NCBI GenBank assembly: GCA_053919585.1
Contig: CM132792.1
Source: Euprymna scolopes
Lineage: Eukaryota
DNA length: 64,000 bases
Reading direction: 5' to 3' (one strand)
In this document: positions 27,351 through 38,548 of the stretch, piece by piece
How the letters are laid out: each line of letters starts with the position of its first letter
How positions within the stretch are numbered: position 1 is the stretch's first letter
Made by a program: the position numbers and the translations under genes
Notes under the pieces: generated by a model
The model's database searches: none
Seen by the model: the letters and a program-made list of their open reading frames with translations, nothing else
What the model was told of the DNA's origin: nothing

Positions 27351-28420
27351 TGAAATATGTATGGTAGTAATAATAAATTTAGAAATATGTATGTATATAC
27401 AGATGGTAGTAATAATAAATTTAGAAATATGTATGTATATACAGATGGTAGTAATAATAAATTAAGAAATATGTGTGTATATACAGACGGTAGTAATAAC
27501 AAATTTGGAAATATGTATGTATATACAGATGGTAGTAATAACAAATTTAGAAATATGTATGTATATACAGATGGTAGTAATAATAAATTTAGAAATATGT
27601 ATGTATATACAGATGGTAGTAATAATAAATTTAGAAATATGTATGTATATACAGATGGTAGTAAGAACAAATTTACAAATATGTATGTATATACAGATGG
27701 TAGTAATAATAAATTTACAAATATGTATGTATATACAGATGGTAGTAATAATAAATTTAGAAATATGTATTCTATACAGATGGTAGTAAGAACAAATTTA
27801 CAAATATGTATGTATATACAGATGGTAGTAATAAAAAATTTAGAAATATGTATATATATACAGATGGTAGTAATAACAAATTTGGAAATATGTATGTATA
27901 TACAGATGGTAGTAATAACAAATTTGGAAATATGTATGTATATACAGATGGTAGTAATAACAAATTTGGAAATATGTATGTATATACAGATGGTAGTAAT
28001 AACAAATTTGGAAATATGTATGTATATACAGATGGTAGTAATAACAAATTTAGAAATATGTATGTATATACAGATGGTAGTAATAATAAATTTAGAAATA
28101 TGTATATATATATATATACAGATGGTAGTAATAATAAATTTAGAAATATGTATATACAGATGGTAGTAATAACAAATTTAGAAATATGTATATACAGATG
28201 GTAGTAATAACAAATTTAGAAATATGTATATACAGATGGTAGTAATAACAAATTTAGAAATATGTATATATATACAGATGGTAGTAATAAAAAATTTAGA
28301 AATATATATGTATATACAGATGGTAGTAATAACAAATTTAGAAATATGTATTTATATACAGATGGTAATAATAACAAATTTGAAAATATGTATGGTAGGA
28401 ATAATAAAATCTAAAATATG
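27351..28420. repeat. 42-bp minisatellite, about 25 copies (AATATGTATGTATATACAGATGGTAGTAATAATAAATTTAGA)
   Basis: Directly visible tandem unit; length variants of 38-48 bp arise in the internal TA tract; both ends degenerate. Confidence 0.97.
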
Positions 28421-29053
28421 TATGTCTGTATAATTCATACATTTAAAGATTTAAAGTACAGAGATTTACACATGTAATAACCTTGCTTTCAATAATGTCA
28501 CTGATTCCTTTTTTATTATGGTGTGGGGAGGTAAGAAAGAAATATTTTTTTCATGTTTCCAGCTTTTAATAAAATTAAGATTTTTTGGGATGGGTTTTAA
28601 AGCTTAATTAAAATTAACAAAAATATATGTGCTATTAAAACCTCCTAGTTGACACATTACAAAGAAATGCATATTTGCAATCTATATATATGACTTAGAT
28701 TATTTTTATGGGGGAAATTTCTGTGTAAGTAATAAAACTATCCTAAAAGTAGTTCTTTAAATTTGTGTAAAATTTTTAAAGATTGCCATATAATTATTCT
28801 TTATGTATACCTTATTGCAATGTTTTAAAATAGTTACTTAATATATTTTTCGTTGTTTTCTTACTAATTGATTGATCTTTGAATGAACCAATTAAAGCTT
28901 TAAAAAAAAAAATCAATAATTCTCAAAACTGAGTTTTAATGCTAGTCATTTTCAAAACCAGTTAAAAGTAGCTTTTGGCAAGCTTAAAGCAGTGTCTTCC
29001 AACTTTTTTGTTTTTCATTTTTTTCTATTTTATAATGATTTGATATGGTTTAG

Positions 29054-29121
29054 ATGCTAAATTTTCAGACTATTGCGGAAACATTTAGAAAAATATTTTC
29101 AGAGTTGCTGGGAGAGGATGG
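29054..29121 (+). CDS. Probable internal exon (MLNFQTIAETFRKIFSELLGEDG)
   Basis: TTTAG| acceptor at 29053 (alternative TTTTCAG| at 29068, same frame); GG|GTACTG donor; open in phase 0, ends in phase 2; flanked by T-rich intron. Confidence 0.5.
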
Positions 29122-29758
29122 GTACTGATTGCATTTGTTTTTTGTATTTTTTGGGGGTTTCTTTGAGGTTTTTTGGGTTTTTTTTTCAGCTTTTCGTATA
29201 GCTGTTTCCTAATGGAACTGATCCTGATCATTAAGAGTTCAAAAATTTAATTTATGCACTTTTTTCTTAAGTGTGTAAACAAAACTTAAAATCTGATCTG
29301 GATTGTATATATATTTGCATCCTCACATATAAAAACGATGCAGCACAAATAAAAGGAAATTAAAGATGCAATAAAAAGAGAGTAATTATAAAATTAATTT
29401 ATTGCTAAAAAAAATTAAATTGCAGGATTATTTTCATTTGTATTTAATTTTCAACAAGGAGCAATTGAATTTATGATATTTAAATTTATACACGGTTGTA
29501 GGCTATGACATTTGAATTATTGTAAAGAAATTAATCTAAAAAGAACATTAATCCCCATAACATAAACATAATACTGTGATAACAATGCAACACACAGTAG
29601 AAAATTGATATGTTGTGTCTGTTTTAATTCAACTAGCTAAAAACCAACTGCTTGCAGTTTCAATAATATTTCTTCAAAGGAAAACCATAGAGAAATGCCT
29701 TGCAAAAAGTGGAAACTACAAATATTAAAACTGGTTTTGGAAAATGTTTCAGTTGTAA

Positions 29759-30585
29759 TCTATATATATATATATATATATATAAAAGCTAAAATGTGTG
29801 TGTGTATGTATGTTCGTTTTTTTGTTTATGTCTGAGAAAGGCTTTTTTCCGAGAAGCGATCAGTTGGCTCACTTAAAATTTTTTATATTACGTCTGAATG
29901 ATAATATCTATGAGTTAACAATGGGGGTTGCCATTTTATTTAATTTGCCTGAGTTTGAAAAGCTAAATATTCAACATTTTTCGATCGCCGCGTGTGAATT
30001 GGGCTTTTTTGTATAATAATAAAAGCGAAACGAAGCTTAAGACATCATTCCCGGTGCGATTGTCAGAAATGTCCAAAAACAATCAGCTTTGATCAATGTG
30101 GAGTTTCTCCTTATATCAGACAATTGCTATTCAATTTGGACAATCCCCTTTTTATGGGGAGCTGGTCCCCCCCCCACATCTTGGGGAAACAAAAAAAAAA
30201 ACCTAAAAAAAAAAAAAAAAAAGCTGCCCCGCAGTAAATAAAATACTGTCCCATAGTGAAAGTTGACCTCATTAAATCATTAAGTACAGGCATGGGCCAA
30301 TTCTTGATACTTAAACAAATTCAAACATGTTTCCCTTACTATTTCGTGGTGGCCCAGTGGTTAACGTTGCGCATTTTTTTCCGCACTTTAATTTCCAACT
30401 TCGCTTCAAGGGTTCGGGTTTGATCCTTCATACTTACCTACCAAAACTTTTTTTTTTTTAAATTTTACCCCCCCCCCCTCTCGGACACAAACACCTGGGC
30501 AACGATTTTTTATTCTTTCGTTTTGATTTACCCAAAACCACACACACCTCCAAACACCCGGGCAACGCCGGGTACCCCCCGCTAG
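29759..30585 (+). mobile_element. Complete non-autonomous Helitron (subfamily B), 827 bp
   Basis: A|TCTATATA...AAAAGCTAAAATGTGTG 5' end; 3' hairpin CCCGG-GCAACG-CCGGG followed by CTAG|T; inserted at an A|T site with no TSD. Confidence 0.88.
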
Positions 30586-32204
30586 TAATTATATAAAACT
30601 GAGTTAGAGCCCTAGAACCAACTATTTAAGAAACCTAAGCTTGGAAGAGAAGAAACAAAAAAACTTTGGTTTACCAAATAAGGAATTATGTTAAGAATTG
30701 TTACTTTCTTTTATTTTTACACATAATTTCTACATTTGTTTTACAATTTATTTTCGTCTTTGTCGTTTTTATTTGCTGCGAATAATTTCTATCTCTTCAT
30801 TTTTCGTCTGCTGTTTATTGTTCAGTTTGTGCTCTTCAGATCAGGATCAAGAAAATATTTTATGCATCTTTGTTTTCTTTCCACCTGCAGGTAGCTCAAG
30901 GGTTTGCCAAGTGAATCAATACCCAAATCATTTGTCATGAGTTTGTAACCTGCTACTTCTCTCTCTTTTTTGTCTTTTTCTCTCTTCATACTCTTCTTTG
31001 TGTTCCTTTGCATGAGCAGAGAGAGCGCATTCAAGACAGTATCTTTTCAAGCACTAAACCACTCTATTATTTTTTATAAGGTTTGTCTGTATTTTGGGAT
31101 AAAAAAGCATTGTATTTCTTTGGATTACTGTCCTCACTGTTATTTATATTTCAACTACGTTTCTGTCTACAGCATTAGTTGCAGCATACTGATATTTGTT
31201 AAACACACAAAATAAAGTAGACGTAACATTCATGTTATTTGAAAACTGCCGTAGAAATGAATAAAGTTAAAGATGTTGACAAATATCACATGATTTGGCA
31301 TTGAGATATACAACGGTTACAGCACTCTCTCAAATGTAGATTTCGTTAGTGTCTGATAAATAAGCCGTGTTTTTTGTTGCTCATTTGTTCAACAATTAAA
31401 AATGGATTTATGGTAGAATTTTCTATTTCAATGTTGGAAATTCTTATGTAAACATTGACTTTATTATCATTTAATTTAAAATTAATGTATGAAAGTGAAT
31501 TTGCTTTTGAATTAAAACTAACATAAGAATGGAAAAAGTCTTATTGCTTTAAATTTAACTTTTATGATAGTTAAATTATGACGTTTCAAAAATAAATGCA
31601 TAAAATTATGAACATTGCTCAGTAATGGTGGAAATAATTATTTCTTGATTAAAATTGAAAAATAAAATCTAAAATAAATTACAAAACCTAAAAAAAATTA
31701 GGGCACTTGTGACTTTGGTTATGGACAGACACATGCACATTTCTTATTGTATTGAAGAGTAATAGATAGAACAAAATTGTCGTGAAAAACTATTTAACAG
31801 TTCTTTCATTAATTACTTGACCATAGTATCTCTAGGAAATCTTTTGTCTTTTTCTTTTTGCATACCAGCTGTGCTTTTTTTTCTTTTTTTTTTATAGAGC
31901 AATCTGAACTTTGTAATTGTTTAACCTAAAAAATAATTATTGTTCAATCCTCATATTGATTAATAAGTGCTCTTTCAGAATCTTAAGATATTGTAACTCT
32001 GTTTTGTATTAGCGTTTTTTTTTGTTTTTAAAATTTTTAAAATTATCATTATTCCAAATCATTCCATAAATGTGACAGAATTTTTTAAGTGTAATGTGTA
32101 CATCGTATATTATTGAAAAATGTTAATAAGAATAATTAGGTGAATGTGTAATGTAAGTCTTAAAAACAGGCTTAGATCTAATCTTAGAGTAAAATTAAAT
32201 ATGG

Positions 32205-32425
32205 ATAGTATGGCTGGGGTGACGTGTGTAGAACATTAGACTTTATTAGTATAGTCATGTTGAAAGAATTGATGAAAGTTATTGGGTTAGAGATAGCATG
32301 GTCCGTTTACAGGAGAAAGCCAAGGAAAACATGACCAGCAAGTGATAAGGATGGATTTGAAAGAAGGATAAAGACCTGGTAAAAGATAGGTTAGTTTGGA
32401 AGTCCATTTTTAAAATCCATCTGAT
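32205..32425 (+). mobile_element. RTE-clade LINE 3' fragment, interrupted by a CR1-group LINE (tail resumes at 33755-33790)
   Basis: Degenerate Y.HVER.DESYWVR..., KPRKT(W) and KDLVKDRLVWKS motifs; an RTE-type tail (CATG..AATGGATGTTAAACTGAAGAT) follows the CR1 A-tail. Confidence 0.6.
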
Positions 32426-32429
32426 ACTA

Positions 32430-33754
32430 ACAGCTGCTAAACTCCTGACTGACAAACAATATGGATTCAGGCAAGCCCGTTCAACAGCAGATATCTTAAC
32501 TGTAGTTTCTGAACGTATATACCGTTCATTGGATAAAACAGGGGAGGGTAGAGCGGTGGCCCTTGATATATCTAAGGCTTTTGACAGGGTATGGCACGAT
32601 GGTCTTCTAAGGAAAATTAGATCATATGGAATCACTGGAAGAATTCATAACGTAATTAAATCCTTCTTAAGTAATAGAAAAATCAAAGTTGTCCTCGATG
32701 GACGTACATCCAAACAACATGACATAAATGCGGGAGTGCCTCAGGGGTCTATCCTTGGACCGCTATTGTTCCTGATATTCATAAACGACCTCCCTGATAA
32801 TATTGTTTCGGAGATGGGTATATTTGCCGATGACACCACTCTCTATAACAGATATGAGGGGAAAACAAATGAACACATATCCAAGAAAATGGCAGAAACA
32901 CTAGAGGATGACCTCCAATCCGTAGTGGAATGGGGACAAAAATGGTTGGTCTCATTCAATGCTGCTAAGACTAAGCTTGTTTCCTTCAATAACTACAAGA
33001 AACCTTCTCTACCACCAATAGCAATGGCCAAGAACACATTGCCTGAAAGTACTTCTTTTAAACTCCTCGGCCTAACGTTTACAGGGAATATGAACTGGAA
33101 TAGATACATTGAGAGCATTGCCAAGGCTGCTGCAAGGAAGGTTGGCTCCCTCTACCGTGCTAGAAAACTACTTACGCCTGCCAGTATCCTATACCTCTAT
33201 AAGGCAACAATTCGCCCATGTATGGAGTACTGTTGTCACATCTGGGCTGGTGCATCTGCTGCTTGTCTCTCGCTCCTGGACAGGGTTCAAAAAAGAGTCG
33301 CCAACCTGATAGGTCCTGAACTGTCATCTAGGCTTCAACCGCTGTCCCATCGACGAGATGTTGCATCCCTCTGCCTGTTCTACAAATACTTTAATGGTGA
33401 ATGCTCTGACGAACTGCAAACACTTGTACCTCCCCGACGTAACTACCCCCGACAAACCCGACAAGCTACTAAGTCTCATCCCTTTACAGTGGAGATCCCT
33501 AGGTGCAAGAAAACCTTTTACTCCAATAGTTTCTTCCTCAGAACTGCGGGTCTTTGGAACTCCCTTCCGGGATTCTGCTTTCCCAACTGCAATGATATGC
33601 AGAAGTTCAAGTGTAATGTTAACAAACATCTTTCTACTCTTCTCCCTTCATAATGACCCCGCAAATTAATTCCCTAATAGTAGCCCCCTACTTCAAAGTG
33701 GCACTGTGCCTTGTTTGGGGTGAAAATTGAATAAAAAAAATAAAAAAAAAAAAA
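32430..33754 (+). mobile_element. Young 5'-truncated CR1/L2-group LINE (family B)
   Basis: Uninterrupted RT frame, 3' UTR and A-rich tail at 33730-33754. Confidence 0.95.
32433..33653 (+). CDS. Non-LTR reverse transcriptase, C-terminal part (N-truncated, open frame)
   Basis: KQYGFR..RSTAD, ALDISKAFDRVWH, GVPQGSILGPLLFLIFINDL, IFADDT, SFFLRTAGLWNSLP; no stops. Confidence 0.92.
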   Translation, partial: AAKLLTDKQYGFRQARSTADILTVVSERIYRSLDKTGEGRAVALDISKAFDRVWHDGLLRKIRSYGITGRIHNVIKSFLSNRKIKVVLDGRTSKQHDINAGVPQGSILGPLLFLIFINDLPDNIVSEMGIFADDTTLYNRYEGKTNEHISKKMAETLEDDLQSVVEWGQKWLVSFNAAKTKLVSFNNYKKPSLPPIAMAKNTLPESTSFKLLGLTFTGNMNWNRYIESIAKAAARKVGSLYRARKLLTPASILYLYKATIRPCMEYCCHIWAGASAACLSLLDRVQKRVANLIGPELSSRLQPLSHRRDVASLCLFYKYFNGECSDELQTLVPPRRNYPRQTRQATKSHPFTVEIPRCKKTFYSNSFFLRTAGLWNSLPGFCFPNCNDMQKFKCNVNKHLSTLLPS

Positions 33755-34169
33755 CTTGTCAACATGTACAATGGATGTTAAACTGAAGATAAATATCGGA
33801 AAGCATGAATTATGTAGTTTGCCATAATAATGAATGAACTAAAAATGTATATAAATTTAACATGATAGAGTATAAAAAATATAGCTTTTTAGATGCAAGC
33901 ACATATTTGAAAATAAATTATAATAGTTTGGTCTAAATAAAGTTTTAAGTTTGAGTAATTAATAATCATCTGTAAAATATGTGATTGTGACCTAACAAAT
34001 CTATTTGAGGAATAATCTACTCTCAATATGGTGACTTGTTAAGGACCTATGACACATACTGTCGTAAGGCAGAGAATACATACTCATATCAAATATCTTT
34101 AATTTCGAATTAGAACCACGGACTTATACTAAGTAAATATTAATGTCCTTTAACCCCCCCCTTTTTTTA

Positions 34170-37100
34170 ATGGAGAGTAGACAACGCATTGTGGATGCGT
34201 TATCAGCAGCTCTCGTTACTCTCACTTCTCCTTATTTGTCCCTCAGTCCTTATCTCGAATGAGTGATTTTTCTGACAAAGGGTGAAGAAAAAACTGTTTT
34301 CCAGGACGGCAGTACTTTGTGAACAGTAGCTTGAGATGTCGGAAATTTTCTGTTTCTATGTCTATCCTTGTGGCCATGTCACTAGTAAGGAGGCAAACGT
34401 TCCATCTGGGATGATGTTATCCGCCTGATAGTCAGGGACCCGAACCTTGGATTAACCACTAAGGAGGCTATCCTATCAGCAGGTGCAAAGTACTGGGGCT
34501 ACTGTATTTTCATCTGGTGAATGGATTCTGGCCCATGCAGTAGTTTCTGGTGGGGCCTCTTGATGCCATACTAGTGGGTAATTGTTCCGGCTTTACATTA
34601 TGTGCTACAAAAAAAAAAAAAAAAAATTCCTATCTTTTTCTCTCCTGCTTTTCCTCTCTATCCTGCTCTAACCAAGTCTGTCGACCTGTTCCACAAATCA
34701 CGAATCTTCAACATGAAATATCTCCAGAAAAAAATCACGAATAGAACCCCATCCTCCAACGTAGACCTCTATTACCATGTCTCCTTCTCCAACATCAGAG
34801 GTTGAAACCCAATTACAGGAGAAAAAAACAGACATATTCTTCCTAAGCGAAACTGGCATAGGGCCAACCACTTTCCTAGACGAGTTCATAATTAAAGGAT
34901 ACTCCAACTTAACGTCTAAATCTGACCCCCAAGATCACCATGGGCATGGAATATGTGTCTACATTAAAGATCGCTTTCCGTGTGATAGGGATATCTCAAT
35001 TGAAGACCCTAATTTACCTTATATGTGCTTCTGGGTTGCACTTGTGTACACCACTGCATTTATATTTGCCCTCTATCGCCCCCACAACAGCGGAGTTACT
35101 CTCTTTAAGAGCATATCTGAGAAAATTGACCCCATCTTGTCTGCTCATCCTTCGGCTAACATCCACATTTGTGGTGACTTCAATGTCCACAATGTGGAAT
35201 GGCTGACCCACTTGAACAAGGTAGATGATGAGGGGAGTTTCTGTCATGATTTTGCCATTGCATATGACCTCACCCAGATTGTTCGCAAACCCATCCGTGT
35301 GCCCGATACACCTGGTCAATACGCTAGCCTTCTAAACCTTTTTCTCACAACTTCCCCTGAGCTATGTTCATGTTCCGTTCTGCCCCCTCTGGGATCTTCC
35401 GACCACGCGGTTGTATTAATTAAAATAAAAACGAAATGCAATAAGTATTCAGATGTACCTCTCCACCGTACTGTATATCAATACTCCACAACTACTGGGA
35501 TGGCTTCTGTACATTTATATCTGATCTACCCCTACATTCCATGTTTAGAAAGGATGTGTCATCCATAGTATCAGACCTGACCGAATGGTTAATTGTAGGC
35601 ATAGACCGATTCATACCATCCAAAAAATTTCAACAAAAACCTAATAGCCAGCCATGGTTTTCCCCAGAATGTGCTGCTGCCATCGCGCACAGAAATCACT
35701 TTTTCCATAGCTACCAGCGTAATAGATGAACTGTGACTAGAGCTGCTTTCAGGACTGCCACCAACCACTGTAAAAGAGTAATAAAACATGCAAGAGATCT
35801 ATATGCTCAGTCCGTTAAATCCAAAGTAGCTGAGCAGCAGCTTGGTTCCCATCAGTTTTGGCAAATAGCAAACAGGATCCTGAACAGAAGCATGCGTTCT
35901 ACCCCAACCATCATCAATGGACCTGAGGTCATCTCGTCAGCATCAGACAAGGCCAAACTATTTGCCAAGAACTTTGCAGCTAATTTTACCCTATACGATG
36001 AAGGCCATCAACTCCCGGTATTTCCTCCTATAACAGACAACACACTATGCAACATACAAATATCTGTGCGTGAGGTCGCTAAGTTAATCAAGAACCTTGA
36101 TTCCAGTAAAGCAACTGGCCCGACGGCATTCCAATTATAGTGCTGAAAAAGCTTCAACCAGAACTTGCTCGCATACTTACAAAACTGTTTAAGCGTTGCC
36201 TTAAAAAGAAGTGCTTCCCAACACCCTGGAAAATCTCATCAGTATACCCTGTATTTAAGAATTCAGGTGATAAGTCGTCTCCCTTTCAGTACAGACCAAT
36301 AAGTCTTCCGTGTGTCATGAGTAAGTTGCTGGAATCCATATTAAATAGAGAAGTAGTCAACCACATCAACAGAAATAACCTTCTTAGTGACATGCAATAT
36401 GGTTTCCGTTCTGCCAGATCTACAGCAGATGTGCTAACGGTTATATCTCATAGGATTAATGAATCTCTTTACAAAGGCTTCCTCTCTAGAGCAATTGCTC
36501 TTGACATATCAAAAGCCTTCAATAAAGTATGGCATAAGGGCCTACTTCACAAGATTTCCAGCTACAGTATAACTGGAAATGTTTTCTCTATCATTAAATC
36601 ATTTCTCTCTGATAGGCTCATAAGAGTAGTGGTTGATGGGCAGAAATCAGAGGCCCTCAGTATTAATGCTGGAGTCCCTCAGGGGTCCATCCTGGGCCCA
36701 ACTCTCTTCCTGATCTACATCAATGATCTCCCAAAACACATACTTAAATCATTTGTTGACATCTATGCTGATGGCATGACCATCTATGGCAACACATCAA
36801 AGGCCGTAAATGACAAAGTTCTTTCTGATTCTCTCTCCTCTGATCTCGAGCGCCTGGTACAGTGGGGGAAGAGGTAGCTGGTTACTTTTAACATCTAAAA
36901 CCAAGCTCCTATTTTTACATCATGAACGCTCTGATCCCCATCTGGCATCAATTAAAATGGATGGCTCTTGACTAGGGGAATCTCCATGTTTTGATAAGCT
37001 TCTGGGCTTGACCTTTACTTCTGATCTGAAATGGAACATGTACATCAAGGTCGCTGGAAAAATGGTAGGATCCTTCTACTGCTCTAGAAGATATCTCTCT

Positions 37101-37696
37101 GATGATGCAATTCTCTATCTATATAAAAGCCAAGTACGTCCAAGGGATGGAGTATTATTGCCACATATGGCCAGGAGCTGCTAAAAATAGCCTATCCTGC
37201 CTTGACAGAGTACAAAATAGACTATGTGGCTTAGTGGGGGATGCTCTTTTCTCTTCCCTGTAACCTCTCTCCCACAGGAGAGATGTTGTGAGCCTGGCTT
37301 TGTTTTATCGTTACTTCCATGGCAAGTGCTCATCCGAGCTCCAATCTCTGGTCACCCCCCCCCTCGCCAATCTTTCACGAAGAGCATCCATCTAGCTGAA
37401 ACCACTGTCCAAAATTTTCCCCACTCCTTATCTGTGCCAAAATCAAAACGTAGATTCCATGAATAAAGCTTCTTTCTTAGAAGTGCATGCCTGTGGAACT
37501 CTGTTCTGTCTGCCTGTTTGCCACCTGACTACAACCTGGATGTCTTCAAGTCTAACATAAACAAATCCTGATGAACCGCCCCCTTAAGGAAGACATTTTA
37601 TCAAATCTCACCACTAACCTATTGTACACGCAATAACCCTTATCCCTGAGGGGCTTCTGGGCCTTGATAAGTGGTAACCACCTTGTAAAAAAAAAA
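34170..37696 (+). mobile_element. Near-full-length CR1/L2-group LINE (family A), a frameshifted APE-RT ORF
   Basis: ORF pieces 34777-35568 (FLSET, ICGDFNVHN, LGSSDH), 35541-35729, 35733-36140 and 36140-36877 (QYGFRSARST, PQGSILGP, IYADG); A-tail at 37687-37696. Confidence 0.95.
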
Positions 37697-37764
37697 GTCC
37701 AACCAGATCTTATGTTATTTATGTACTAATATTAAGAAAATGATTAAATGTACAACCCTTCCAT

Positions 37765-37985
37765 TTTTTTTTTTTAAATTTTTTATTCTGCTATTTCATT
37801 CTGAACAAGGTACAGTACCACTTGGATGTAAATGGCTACTATTTGGAACCTAGTTTACAGGGATACTATGTAGGGAGCAGCAAGGTGTATGTTCACATTA
37901 TACTTGAACTTCTGCATGTCAGTACAGTTAGGTAAATAGGGACCCGGGAGGGAATTCCAAAGACTAGCAGTTTGAGGAAGAAGCA
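37765..37985 (-). mobile_element. Short 3'-end fragment of LINE family B
   Basis: Reverse complement matches 33530-33740 (FLKLLVFGIP../GGCTACTAT), with a T-run at the left. Confidence 0.75.
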
Positions 37986-38478
37986 ATTTAAGTAGAAAAT
38001 AGCAAATAATTTTCACTAAATGATGTATAATATAAGTATTGTGTTAACATTAAATATCCTTAACAGTTGATATACTGTCAAACATGCAGATTGAAAAATT
38101 TCAATGTTTTATTTTTTCTTGTTTACATTTTAATCCAGGCAAATAGTAATTGCTAAGAAATCATTATGCATTGATTAAGGCTTTCATCTTTTGATAATAG
38201 TTTATTCAATAAATAACCTATTTTTAAGGTTTAAAAGTTAAAAAAAAAAAATAAAACAAACTATGCGGACTGATTAAGATATTTGTCCTTGTGAAGAAGC
38301 TTCTAATATTTTGAAACAATTATACAGAAGAACAATTTTTTTAAATGAAATTATGAAATAAAATATACATAAGACTATGTTCATGTATAAGAGTGTTTTC
38401 TCTTAAAGATGTCATTTTATTTGGAATTTTCTGATTTAAACTTGGTTGAGTTTTAAGATTAACTGAATTGTTTTATAG

Positions 38479-38548
38479 GTGTTGTTTTTCCATTTATCAA
38501 AATGAATTGGTTCTAATTGTGGCTGCTATTATATTGAACCGATTATGA
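38479..38548 (+). CDS. Possible terminal coding exon (G-CCFSIYQNELVLIVAAIILNRL-stop)
   Basis: TTTTATAG| acceptor; the phase-2 join to 29121 gives an open frame ending at TGA 38546-38548 with a hydrophobic C-terminus; AATAAA lies downstream. Other frames stop earlier. Confidence 0.35.

Noticed and set aside
27305-28433. Repetitive ORFs (e.g. 269 aa NMYVYTDGSNNKFR repeats) or a CRISPR-like array
   Set aside because: Pure tandem 42-bp repeat with no unique spacers; indels in the TA tract shift frame freely, and ORFs appear on both strands as a by-product.
30698-31215. Short K/E/R-rich and F/L-rich ORFs as a gene
   Set aside because: Low-complexity purine/pyrimidine strand bias, no recognisable motif and no convincing splice sites.
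33109-33669. Overlapping alternate-frame and antisense ORFs over the LINE RT
   Set aside because: Shadows of the RT reading frame with no independent support; the same holds for the antisense ORFs on the other LINE, gypsy and mariner copies.
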